DNA of 52,259 nucleotides, counting the filler, from Jimgerdemannia flammicorona (Eukaryota), in the NCBI GenBank assembly GCA_003990765.1. It is 2 parts of 2 records of this genome, joined end to end, with 100 filler letters (N's around TTAATTAATTAA, not from the genome) between each part and the next. Parts side by side here need not be neighbours in the genome. Positions count along the whole stretch, not along the records: positions 1 to 26,080 come from RBNJ01000764.1; 1 more part is not named here. The stretch is one strand, 5' to 3'. Under the pieces are notes generated by a model, which saw nothing but the letters and a program-made list of their open reading frames with translations, was not told the DNA's origin and did no database searches. Shown one piece after another: positions 1 to 12,393 of the stretch (position 1 is its first letter; every line of letters begins with the position of its first letter). The position numbers were made by a program, and so were the translations under genes.

Positions 1-10
1 AAAAAAAAAA

Positions 11-1617
11 TACATCTAAGATTGCAAAAATCTTCTTCAAATCCATCTTCTATTACTATAGTCTATTATAAGTAATTATTAACAATTGTGACCTCAAGTT
101 TATCAGTCACTTTTAATAAACTCTCTTTAAGATCCTGGGAACTCAATTGGCTATATCTACTACTTTTTACCTACAAACTGATAGACAAACTGAGTGCATG
201 AATAGAACTCTAGAACAAATGCTCAGAAACTATATTTTGTATAAGTAAGATGATTGAGACCACTATCAGACTTATATAGAATTTGTATATAATAATACCA
301 TCCAATCATCTACTAGTTTTTCTCCTTTTTGGCTACTCTATGATCAAGATTTCAAGACTCCTGTAAGTCTAGTCTCTTTTAAGAAAAGCAGTCAAATATA
401 AGTCTCTACTACTAAGAACCTTACTGATAAAATGAATAAGCTACTCAAGATTGCTATTGCAAACCTCTAGAAGGCCCAATAGTATCAAGTCAAGTATACT
501 GATAAGAAGTACTATTATATTACCTATACTATTAGAGATCTAGTTCTACTGTCTACTGAGAACCTTAAGATATAATCTTAAGTTAACTATCTATCAAACA
601 AGTTTCAACCCAAGTACATTGGACTCTTTGAGATTACTGAATAAGTCTTTGCATCCTCCTATCATCTTAAGCTATCTGAAACCATAAGAGTATACTCAGT
701 CTTTTATATATTATACTTCAAGACCTAAAATCAGTCACCACCCTACCCTGGCTAAATTTCTAATCTATCTACTTCTATAATTATTAAAGGCTATATTGAG
801 TATAAGGTTGAGAAAATCCTTAATAAATGAATTCACTACTATCATTCTGAATATCTGATCAAGTAGATGGGCTACTCTGAATATAATACTACTTGGAAAC
901 TACTAATCAATCTCAAGAACTCTTAAGATCTAGTTCAAGACTTTGAGACAAAATATATTACTCAATCCCTAAAGTAACTTTCTTAGATTATTGATAACTT
1001 ATAGTAATAACTAGTATCTTATTCATCAGAAGTTTACTTTGAAACCCCGAAATTAGTAGAATATCTAGTAAACAAAAAGTCTACTAAAATGAGGCTACTA
1101 GTTGAATTCAAACTTCTCTCAGTTAGTTAGTCTGATAATAGGCCCTTTGTCCTATATAAGGATAATCAATCCTTATCAATATTAATATAAGTTTGAGAAA
1201 TTTTGATTAAGTATATTTAGTCTTATATTATCTAAGAACTCAACAAGAATATTGGTTTTTAAGGAGAGAGAGATGTAATAATTTCATAGACATATTTTAG
1301 TTTTAATACTTTTTTGTATTTTTTTACTAGTCTTTTCTTATCTTTTCTTATATATTTTACTATATTTCTATACCTTCTAAATACCTAAAAATCTTCTCTT
1401 AGCACTAAAACCTTATCAGAACATTCTTATCTTTTCTTAGTACCATATTCCTTACTCTATCTAGTTATGAAACCTTTTGGAACATTGTAAAATATTATTA
1501 ATCATCTTTGCTAAAAACTTATTTCTTGACTTTTCTCTTCTTTTCTGAGATCCTTTCAGATCTTTCTTTCAAATCTTGTATAAATATTCTTGTTCTCTGC
1601 TTAAATAAAGCTCAGAA
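11..1617 (+). mobile_element. Decayed Ty3/Gypsy chromovirus 3' part: integrase core, GPY/F region, chromodomain (about 795-950), PPT 1261-1273, truncated 3' LTR 1274-1617
   Basis: Hand translation through stops: YLQTDRQTECMNRTLEQMLRNY (integrase HPQTDGQTER motif), YIGLFEITE (GPF), EYKVEKIL..EYLIK*MGY..TTW (chromodomain). AAGGAGAGAGAGA is followed by TGTAATA. Confidence 0.85.
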
Positions 1618-2136
1618 TTAGTACTCTAAATAAGCTGATCTGGATCAGATTCAAATTTCATCTGGATTAACTCCAAATTAGATAATTAAATGTTTACATC
1701 AATAACTTAATAAATAATTATCTAATTTTGATGATCTTGATGTCATTTGAAAGCTATTAATAAGGACATTCTAATGTTATCAAGAATATTAAAATTAGAT
1801 CATACATATATTGCCAAGCTATTAAGAAAAATGTTCTTTTGAAAAAATTTCCAAAATTGGCAAGTTGGACATTTTTCTTAATAACTTAGTAATATATGAT
1901 CCAATTTCAATATTCTTGATATCATTAGAAAGACCTTATTAAGGGCTTTCAAATGACATTAAGATTATCAAAATTAGATGATTATTCATCAAGTTATTGA
2001 TGTAAATATTTAATTATCTAATTTGGAAATTAAAATAATAGTTAATTTGAATCAATCTGAATTAGCTTGTTTTTCTATCTGAGTTAATCTGAATGGGATT
2101 TGAATCTGATCCAGATTAGCTCATTCAGAGCACTAA
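1618..2136. mobile_element. Palindromic MITE/foldback non-autonomous DNA transposon (about 520 bp)
   Basis: 39-bp terminal inverted repeats at 1618-1656 and 2098-2136, plus inner inverted arms of about 160 bp (1672-1836 and 1868-2027). No ORF. Superfamily is ambiguous (TA-flanked or TAGTG terminus). Confidence 0.8.
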
Positions 2137-5100
2137 CTATGAGTAACCTTTATAATCAGGATCTTTATAATTAGAATCTTTATAATTAGAACAACTAAAT
2201 ATGTTATTAGATAATATATTACTATAGTATATTACTATAGTACCAAGTGTTCAGAGATAAGCTGAATATCATTTTCTATATTATTTATATTATTTATATT
2301 ATTTATATCATTTATTATATTTTATATATTACTCATTTATAATGTTATTACTATATTATATAATTACTTATTTATTATATTCTCTTCATTATATTTACAT
2401 CTCATCTATATACTTATTCTATTATACTCTTCTTCTCTTAAAAATCAATATCTACTTTGATTCTGAAGTTGAGAACCAGTAGAGAGATAGTGACATTTTT
2501 ATTCTTATCCTTATTGCTCTCAGATATGTAGTACTAGTTCTTATATATTGTAATATGCCTGGCTTAATAGAGGCAAATTATAAGATTTGTAATTGATATA
2601 ATTTAGCTTAGCTCTCAGTTGCTTTGTCAAAAAACAATAAAATCTTCTAAAATTTCTGAGGTCTTTAGTATTTAGTGATATATTAGTTAAGCTAGATATC
2701 TGTGAGAAATTCTAGTGATTTCCTTATTGGGATGGTTCTTAGGTATAGTGATAATTTGTATATAGTACAGTATATATGATAATCTTATATAGTGTAAGTA
2801 GATTTCTTATATAGACAATCTGGTAATTTAGCAGTTTTCTTCTTGAGTAATAGGTGATCTCTATATAGTATAATAATCTCTAAAAATATGTGATTTCTGA
2901 TATAACAATCTTGATATAATAAACTAGGTGATATTCTTTATATAGATTTAATAGATAACTCAATTTGGTATAGATTCTCCTAAATCAGCAGTCTTCTGAG
3001 AATATTGGATAACTTGATAATTCAGATAACTCAAATGATACAGATAATTCAATATCTCAGATGGTATGGATTCTTAGCAAAGTTATATCAAAGACTGGCT
3101 TTGTTTACACAGAGTTACATTGATAGACTGACTCTACTATAAAGTTGCATCAAGAGACTGACTTGTGGTAAGATTCCTATAAAGCTTTCTGGGAATAGTA
3201 AATAACTCAAAAATTGCAGATAACACAGATTCTTCCTGAATTGGTAGACTTCTTTGAAAAATAACTTTTTTAGTAAAGTTATATCAAGACTGACTTCATT
3301 TATATAAACAAGTTTACTGTAAAGTTATATCAAAAGACTGACTTTGTAGTAAGAGAGACTTCAGACTTATCTGGTAAGCAAATCAAATGTAACAGACTTC
3401 TCTTAAAAAACAGACATATTCTTTATATCAGAAAGTAGATCAGAGTGAAAAGTAAGCTCACAATCTCCTAGTAGTAGCTTTAGAGTAAGTATTTCTCTTA
3501 AGTGTTATAATTCTTCTTAGATTAATTGACTTTTAGCAGGCATATTTTTTAAAGTATAGTAGGCAGACTTGTCTTTTGCTTTGATTTTTGGACTGAGGTT
3601 TATTTATTTTTGTCTCTGGGGTATTTTATATAGTTGTGATTACTACCTGGTTACTATCTGGTTAATTATAGAATATACAGTATAGCTAAATATAGTATGT
3701 GACTTCTACTATATTCTTAGAATATAGTACCTTTAAGATATAGTACCTTTAAGGTTCAGTTATCTTAATCTGGGTATCTGGTACTATTTTATATAATTTC
3801 TGCAGCAACTAGATAACTATGAGGATAACTATGATATGTAGTCATATCATCTGAGTATCTGGTACTTATGTTGTATATCACATTAGCCCCTACTAAAGGA
3901 TGGTCTGTCTCTGGACTATCCTTTAGTTATCATCTCAGTAGGCATAAGTATCTTCTGCATCAATGCCTATACTATCATCTATATTAGAGTCAGGGTCACT
4001 CCATTCAAGATCTGAGTCTTATTGCTTGGAGAACAGGAACTCTATTTATTATAGTATACTTTGGAAGATAGCTTCATTTATCTTCTGGATATTATTGAGA
4101 TAAAACTGTACTTGGGCAAGTATTTCTTCATTGTATCTTTAGAGTATATAGATCCTTTTGGTAGCTATGTCATTTTGGTAGTTTAAATATATAGATCTTC
4201 TTATATATATGGGGTCTTAAAGAACTTATCCAATAAAGAAGTAAGCTTGTAGCTAGTGGATCTGCAGCAATCTCTAAGCTATGGCTAGATTTTTGAGGTG
4301 CTCTTGAATTTATCTGTCTGGAGTTCTATGGGATTAGCAGAATGTGGGCATGGGAATGAGCAGAGACTACAGAGAACTAAGGATAAGGGTCTGAAGATAC
4401 TGGTCAATCCTCTGATTCATGGTGTGGAGAAAGATATATCTTGAGATAATTGATATATACTGATGTCTACAGGGTTTGCCCATTCATGATTCTTAAATAG
4501 ATACTGATTCCTCTGATATTATATATAAGATAAGATCCTTTCAATTTGGATTTCAATTTGGTAGTAAAGTTTGTTTTGATTATACTTCTCCAAACTAGTA
4601 CTTGATCTCCAATATTGATCTTCTGATCCTTTTGCTTCTGGTTATAGTACTTCTTTTGTCTTTCTCAAGCCTTGACAATCTGAACTTGGGCTTGATTATA
4701 TAACTACTCTGTCTTCTTGAAGAGATCTCTAAGGTTCTCATGATTAGTAGTTCTAGTCCTCTTAGTAAACATCATCTCAAATGGCTTTTATTTAGTAGAG
4801 GCAGTAGCAGTATTCTGAATTTCCCATAGGATCTCAGATAAGCAGAGATCCCAGTTGGTAGGATTGACTTGGGTAAGTTCTTTCTTGAGGGTCTGATTCA
4901 TTCATTCTGTCATACTATTGATCTGGAGTAGTATAATATAGTTCACTTGAGATAAATCTTATAAATTTAGATATAACTTATAATTATATTATTGATGAAT
5001 TCTGTGCCTTAGTCAGAGATAAGTTCTTCTGGGGGTTTATATCTGAGTGTGAGTCTATAGAGGAGGCTAATGATGATCAGGGCATCTGTGATTTCTATTA

Positions 5101-8100
5101 GAAAAGCTTTGGGCCATTTGGTTAAATATTTCACAAATACATACTAGGATATGTATACTTATTCCTTCTTAGTATAACTGGTAGAGGTCTAATTACATAT
5201 TGTCTGGTGGTATAATTTTTTGTAATGGTACTTGATAATTCTTCTTTCCTTGGTACTTCTGGCAGATATCACATTTCTTAAGTATGTCTCAGACTTATGT
5301 TCTGAGATTGGGCCAATGTTAGTATATTATTTATAGTTTTTCTTCTATATTTACCTATCTTTGGTGAGTTTTCTAATATTCTTTTTGGATAAGATCTTTT
5401 TGTACTTTGATGGTTAGAGACACTTTCTTTAGAGTATAGTTTCTTAGTATACCCTTCTTCTAGTTCATTAGAGTTAGTGAGAAAGTACAACAATATTATT
5501 GTAAGCTTTCTCTGTTTTATAGATAATAGTTATTTTATAATCCTAAAAAATAAGGATCTAGCAGGCCAAGATTCTGGTAGGTTTTTTGTAGTTGAATAGC
5601 TATTTGAGGGTAGCATGGTCAGTTATTAGAGTAATTTTTTTTCTAATGAGATAATACTTGAATAGAGTAATAGCCTATATAACTATAAGGCATTCTAATT
5701 TGATACTGCCATAGTTTATCTGCTGCTGATTGGTAGCTTGGCTTATATATACATACTATCATATGGTATTGTTAGTCTAGTCCTTCTTGGGCTAGAACTA
5801 CTCCCAGGTCATCTTTGGAGATATCTGTATATAAGATAAATGGCTTTTATAAGTTGGGCCAAATAAGAATTGGTGCTGTGGTTATCTGATGCTTGAGTTC
5901 TTTGAAGGCTAGTTTTTGTAATCCTGTCTATTTATAAGATACTTCTTTCTTGAGAAGGATTTTGATTGGAGTAGTAATTCAGATAAAGTTCTTGATAAAC
6001 CTTCTATTGTAAGACACTAGTATCAAAAATGATAGTATTTCCTTTAGAGTCTTAAGTACTGGCCAATTGTTGATCTTTTTAGTCTTCTTTAGATCTGCAT
6101 GAGTTTCTTCTTTTGAGACTATGAATTCAAGAAATTTGAGTTTCTGTTTTCCAAAGTAGTATTTCTTAGAATTGAGTCTTAGATAATTCTTACAGATAAG
6201 CTTGAAGAATTCTTTGAGGTGGTGTAGGTGTTCTTTAAAATTTGCTGAATAGATATTAGAATCATCTATATATATAATTAAGTAGTAGTAGATCAATAGG
6301 CTATAGACTGAGTTTATCATTCTCTAGAAGGTAGAAGATATATTGTAAAGTCCAAAGAGTATTTGGAGGTACTCAAATAGTTTTTCTAGAGCATGAAAGA
6401 CTATCTTCTGAATGTCTTTGGGATCTATGGAGATCTTATGGAATCCTGTAAAAAGATCTATACTGCTAAAGTATTTGGCATCTTGTAATTGGTTCAAGAG
6501 ATTATTGATTCTAAGCAAAGGATAGATATTCTTTTTAGTGACTGAATTGAGTTTCCTGTAGTCTATATAGAGTCTCTATTCTCCTTTCTTTGGTGCAATA
6601 AGTATAGGGCTGGCCCAAGGGCTAATAGAGAGTCAGATGACTCTATTATCTAAGAGTTCTTGAATATATTCCTTTCAAATATCTTTAGATAATGGGGTAT
6701 TCTATAGGGTTTCTGTCAGATGGGTGTTATATTTTCTATATTTATACTATAGTGATATAATGTGTTGTATAGCAGATTGCTATAATTGATATGAAGATAT
6801 CTCAATATTTGTTAAAGAGTTCTACTAGTTATTACTATTACTGAGATGTTAATTCTTCTCTAATATTAGTGGAAGGCTTTACTATCTCCTGGGTTACAGA
6901 GGGGCCTTTTCTTTTTTCTGAGACCTTTTATCATTTCTTGACAGGTTTAGCCTATAGACTTCTCTGTAGATTTGGTTGAGAAAGAGCATTAGATATCCTA
7001 TAATAGTTCTTTTTGACAAGATGATACTTTCTCAGCTCTGATTGCTCAGGAGTACACTGGATTCATTTTGTCAGAGAATGTATGTCCCTCAATATTCAGG
7101 TTTGGAATATCTTTATTAGAGATTTCTGGAGTCAAGTGGTGCAAATATTTCAAAGGTGGTCTGCTCTCCTGGCTCTAGGATAAGATTCTTATACAATTTG
7201 ACTAACTAGCAATATACTTGCTGGGGGGTATCCTTTTTGAGGTAGTTGACCTAAAGGAGATGTATTTCTTTCTTGTCTAAGCTTCCAAATTCTTCAGTCT
7301 ACCTTGTTTCTTCAGTCAGTCTGGAGACTTCTTATAATTGAGATATCTTAACTTCTATAAAGACTGCTTGGACAATCTTCTATCCTCTGATAATTTGATA
7401 CTATTCTATGCTATTGTTATGTAGAATGATCTTGATTTCACCTATGTATCCTAGGTCTATAATTCCTCTTTCTATAGTTATTCCTTACCTAGCAAGTCCA
7501 GACCTTGAGGTTAGTTGGATATAGGTTTCTTTGAGTGGCTATATGATCAGTCTGGTTCTGAACATCAATATTCTTCCAGGCTTAATGGATTTATCCTCCA
7601 GACTATAGAGGTCATATCCTATATCTTCTTAGTGAGCTTTGGTTGGGGGTTTGACCTTGGAATATAGTAGAATATACTGAGCAATATTCTTACTGAGTTT
7701 AGACTGTTCTTGGGCTGAAGATCTACTAGTAGAGAGCCTCTAAGCTCTGAGGTTAAGATGTGACCACCTGGCTCTAGTAGAAGAATATCAGAGATAATTG
7801 ATTTCTTTCTTTTCTATAAGGTCTAGGGCTTCCATAAAGTTGGTAGCATCTTCTATCTATTCTTTGTAAGTTGTATATCTAATGAGAGCTAGAATATCTT
7901 CTCTCAAATTATAGATTTTAAAAATCCTTCTTCTTGGTTTCTTGGTCTGGCTTTTTCAGATCTACATTTTATTATCTCTTCTCTTTAGAGTGTAGACTGC
8001 AACACCTTGGCTGAGGTGAATCTTCTGGTGCCTACAATCTCAGTAGTCTGGATATCTTCCATGGTTGTAATATCCTATTGCTCAAAAATGCTGTTCTCAG

Positions 8101-8129
8101 TTATTGATCTCTTATTGTCTTGGGAATCA
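2137..8129 (-). mobile_element. Decayed Ty3/Gypsy retrotransposon with dUTPase: dUT (about 7280-7680), RT (about 5950-6720), RNase H (about 5550-5900), integrase (about 4520-5300), about 2 kb 3' region, PPT 2427-2439, partial 3' LTR 2137-2426
   Basis: ORFs 6324-6518 (YFSSIDLFTGFHKI..FEYLQILFGL) and 5979-6320 (IYIDD..EHLHHL) are Gypsy RT. The PFILYTD-like RNase H and integrase motifs read through stops. The LTR remnant is homologous to 34383-34649. Confidence 0.85.
7280..7680 (-). pseudogene. Retrotransposon-encoded dUTPase domain (decayed)
   Basis: Reads PTKAH*EDIGYDLYS...QLTSRSGLAR*GI..GIIDLGYIGEIKII..KIVQAVFI..TR*TEEFGS, matching dUTPase motifs 1-5 in order. Confidence 0.85.
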
Positions 8130-10793
8130 GGGCTGTATGGCTGTACTGTCAGAGACTGGAAGAGAGGGAGAGGCCCTCTAAGTATCTTTTGAGGCTTCTG
8201 TAGGTAAGAAAGGTGAGATAGTGGTGAGAGGGAGTACTGGGCTCTGATGAGCTGTTGGTGTATAGCTAACAAAATATTTTTGGATTGCTAAAGGAGAGAT
8301 GGAGCAGTTTATAGAATGAGGAGAAGAGTGGGGCTGATGCAGCCACCATCAAAACCACTTTAGAGGAGTGGTACTCACCACAAGTAGATAGGCTAGATGA
8401 TTTGATATTACTAGTTCAGAAGGAGGAGATCCTCCAGATTCTTGCCACAACTTTACTGAGTACCACACCAGGTAAGGATAGTCTATCCTGGGACTTCTGA
8501 AAGAAGATGGTGGAAGTCTCTGAGGTTCTGAGAGAGATGACAGCACTTTGCATCTTGATATTATAGTCAGAGAAGTGGGTGGGGGAGCAGGATCTGGAGT
8601 TGATAGCACTGCTGTATAAGGACAAGGACAGGAGAGAGAATTAGAAGAACTGGTGACTGATTATATTTCTAGACATAGACAGAAAGATGGTCACCAAGGT
8701 AGTTATGGTAAGACTGCAGAAGATGGCTCAGCAAGTTCTGAGTAAGGAGTAACAGAGCTTTGTTGTGGGCCAGCTCATCAGAGATAGCATAGCTTGGGTT
8801 CATGGTATTGTTGAGGGAGCTTAAGCCTATAGACTAGATGGAAGATTAGTCTTTCTAGATCAGAAGAAGGCATATGACCATGTCCAGCAGGTCTGGTTGA
8901 CAGAGATACTAGATAGAATTAGAGTTCTCTAGCTATTCTAAAAGTTAATGATCAGTCTACTGAAAGGGAGTCAGATAGCACTTATGTGTAATAGTCATCA
9001 GGGGATAGTATTCTCTCTGGATAGAGATGTTCTCCAGAGGGACCCACTGTCTCCTATATTGTATACTTTGTCCTTAGAGCTATTGATAGATAGGATTTGG
9101 CATAAGGTGGTAGAGCTTTCTGTATTTGAAATTATCTAGAAGGTTGGGGTCTTTGCAGATAATATAGTAGTAGACCTTGGGTCAATTATTGATGTGAGAG
9201 CTCTTCAGAAAACAGTAGAGTGGTATGAGATACACTCTGGGGCAAAACTCAACTAACATAAGTATGAGACAATAGTGTTAGACAATGGTCTGATAAGAGG
9301 AGATATTATTGGAACAATTGTTCCTACTAGAGATACTATAAGATACTTGAGTATTTTTCTCTCTATCTATGGATCTATTCTGTTTAGAACTTGGTAGGAG
9401 CAGAGGATTACTATTTGGAGAGAGGCTCTAAGAGCTGAGAAGGCTGCTATATCTTTTTGACAGACTGTGTTTCAATCCTGAATATTTACTGGCTTCTAAA
9501 GCTATGATATCTGGTATATTACTTGAACTTTCTGACTTGAGTGGTGAAGAGGCTTTTGAAGCTAGCCAAAGACTGGATCTGGGCTGGAAGAAGGAGTCAG
9601 ATTAGTTGGGAGATTCTGTCATTATCAGTAAAGAGAGGAGGTCTTGGGCTAGTTGACTTTCTAAAGAGACTTCATTGTCTGCAAGTATAGTAGCTAAAGA
9701 GAGCTGTAAAACTAAGAGAGGGGGGGCTAGATACCTCTGATGCAAAAGGTCTAAGAGATGAGGTTTTCATCATAAGGCTTGTCTAGAGATCTATTGTCCT
9801 TAGTTGGGCTTAAGAGTAATGAGTATATGTAGTATAAGAACTTCTGGTGAGAGGTAGTTGATAGGGTACACTATATTGGTCTTCATTAGCAGGGAGCTAA
9901 GGAAGAGATACCATGGGGTCTGGCAATATAGAGATGGGACCACATATTTTTGAGAAGTATTCTACTGATTAACTTCAATATTAGTGATAGAGTAGAGTAC
10001 TAGAAAGAGTTAGGGCAGGATATATGGCCTAGTGGCTAGCAGATAGTAGATATTGGAGAGAAGTGAGACTAGAATAGAATCTGGACTTGGAGTGCAGAGG
10101 TATAGCATTAGATATCATCTAAATTCTGAGTGATATGATAGTACTTACTGAGAAGAAATATCATACTCAACTTTTGCTCCAGCCACCTTATAGAAGGGAG
10201 CTAATTTGATTATGAGGAGTGCTATAATATAAGACAGAAAGAGAGATTTATACAGATACCTGAACATTGGCTTGAGGAGTGTGAGGTACTTGGAGACTTT
10301 TGGTTATCAGTTGAAACTCAATTGAGAGTAGTGAGGAGGGGGGTTGATGAATGAGATAGATGGGGTGACTTGAAAGATAGATTGGTGGAGAGGATTGATA
10401 ATGAGTAGCTCACAGTTGAGTGAATTCTAGCTATATATGAAGTTGGCTGGACACTGGCTGTTTGTTTTTAAGGAAGAGAAGTAATTGAGTTTAAGAGAGT
10501 GACTGATAAGATGGGAAGGGTTGATGGTTGATGTATTGATAAGTTGGTGGCTGGGATAGGGTCTGCAGAAGAGTCATCAGTATTACTTAGTAGAGAAGAT
10601 CTGTAGGCAGAGTGGGAGAAGAGTTATAGTAGTAGATGGTAAGGTAGTCTTCAAGTATAAGAGGATGGAAGAGAGCCCTCTAGAGGAATTGGATAGAGGG
10701 CAGAGTGGTGGGCTGGGGTACTGTATTTGTATTTAATAGACTAGTAATAAATAGTAAAGTCCAAGAGATTATAAAAAAAAAAAAAAAAAAAAA
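8130..10793 (+). mobile_element. 5'-truncated L1/Tx1-like LINE (RT, C-terminal Cys/His region, poly(A) tail 10773-10793)
   Basis: FLDQKKAYDHV, QRDPLSPILY, FADN and EHWLEEC motifs. AATAAA is followed by A21. Homologous to the LINEs at 26181-31230 and 34650-52259. Confidence 0.85.
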
Positions 10794-11593
10794 TCATCTA
10801 TAGCAATATCATCAATATAGATAGAGTACCAGACATTGTCAATAGCAATAAAGAAAACCATATGGTTCTGCAAACTGTTAAAAGAACTTAAATTCACTCA
10901 AAAATAGAGCACTATACTATACTAGAATAACTAGTCTATAATTATACTCACCAAGAACTCAGTATATTATAGTAGAATGAAACATATCAATATACAATAT
11001 TATTTTATATGCAAATATATAGAAAACAGCACTATACACTTGGAATACATCTTCATGGAGTATATGATCATTGATTCACTTACAAAAGCCCTTCCAAAGG
11101 CAAAGTTCAAGCAGTATATTAAAGGAATGGAACTTCTCTTTTGAATATTATGAGATAATGCACCCTCTATGCCAGCTTTTTTGGTATGGCAAAGTCTAGT
11201 GGTTAATCACGGGATATTTTTCAGGCCCTCAAAAGCCTCTCTTACTGCATTTGCATTATCCACATCTGCATCTTGCATTCTTATCACATCCCTCATTTTT
11301 TACGAGTGAATACAAACATTTCTACCAGTCTCCTACTACATTCTTTATCTATTTTCATGCTTATAAGCAGGGAATTTCGACCTTTTTCGGTCATCTAGAT
11401 AGCACCCCATTGGTCATATTTCGTTTACTCTAGTTTGCTACTTTTTGGATACATATCTCGTTGAGCGGTAGTGTTGGGATGGCAACTCGATATATCAGCA
11501 CGTGACTTACACCATTCCATCAGTTTTATGTCATTCATCAGTAACGCGACCTACGCAACTTCAATAAAATCGCCTCTCTCTCTCTTTACAACA
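10794..11593 (+). mobile_element. Ty1/Copia 3' end: RNase H remnant (to about 11144), PPT-like tract, 3' LTR 11472-11593
   Basis: IEYQTLS..IWFCKLLKEL..SRMKHINIQYYFI..MIIDSLTKAL is Copia RNase H. TTGAGCGGTAG is followed by a 122-bp TGTTG...CAACA segment containing AATAAA. Confidence 0.8.
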
Positions 11594-12393
11594 GACTATC
11601 AATCTTTAGTTGAAATGATAGCTAATAGAATTTGCAATTGGTGATATCTTTGATATCTTTTGCAGATTCATCAAATTGTACCATTTGACAGTTACATCTC
11701 ACCATTAGTGGCTTAGTAGAGAATCAGGGGCACCACGAATTCACATCAGGATCTCATCGCACTACATACAAACAAAAGACTGACAATGATATCAAGATAT
11801 CATGAGATCGAAGAACGGCGGTAACAAACAGTTTATAGATGCTTGCCCACCTCGAGTGGTCGAAGAAAGCGCGGGCTTATCACGGCGAACACGCAGATAA
11901 AAAAAAATAGAGTGAGTGAGGGCTCACAAAGTGGTTGTGGAGGAAAGTAATAAAGACGGGTTTTTATTAATGTCGTATTATGTGACACTTTATAATGGAC
12001 TTGGCCACCTTCCAAATCTGGAAAAATAAATGGTGGCGTATTCATTATTGGTGTATAATTCACCCACGTGATGCAGTCTGGTTATTCATATTAAAAAACC
12101 AGATGAGCAATCATGCTTGAATGCCCACATTTTCAATTTGAATCTATTACTAGTCGTCTTTTCAATACATATAATGCAATCAATGCGACGATGCTCACGA
12201 ACGATGAAATGTTCAGAAATGACAAAGAAATTGATAAGAGTAAATATTGACACGAAAACAACGCAACATTACAAATACGGAATGACGGCAAAACGTAGGC
12301 AACAGCACATTACAATTACAACATTGCGACCGGAGTTAATTTCTATGTACGACGTTAACGATATGCGGGAAACGCGACCAGACCCAAGCTTGC

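Noticed and set aside
11594..12393. Short ORFs between the Copia LTR and the STU2 3' end
   Set aside because: No homology cues. Consistent with 3' UTR/intergenic DNA.
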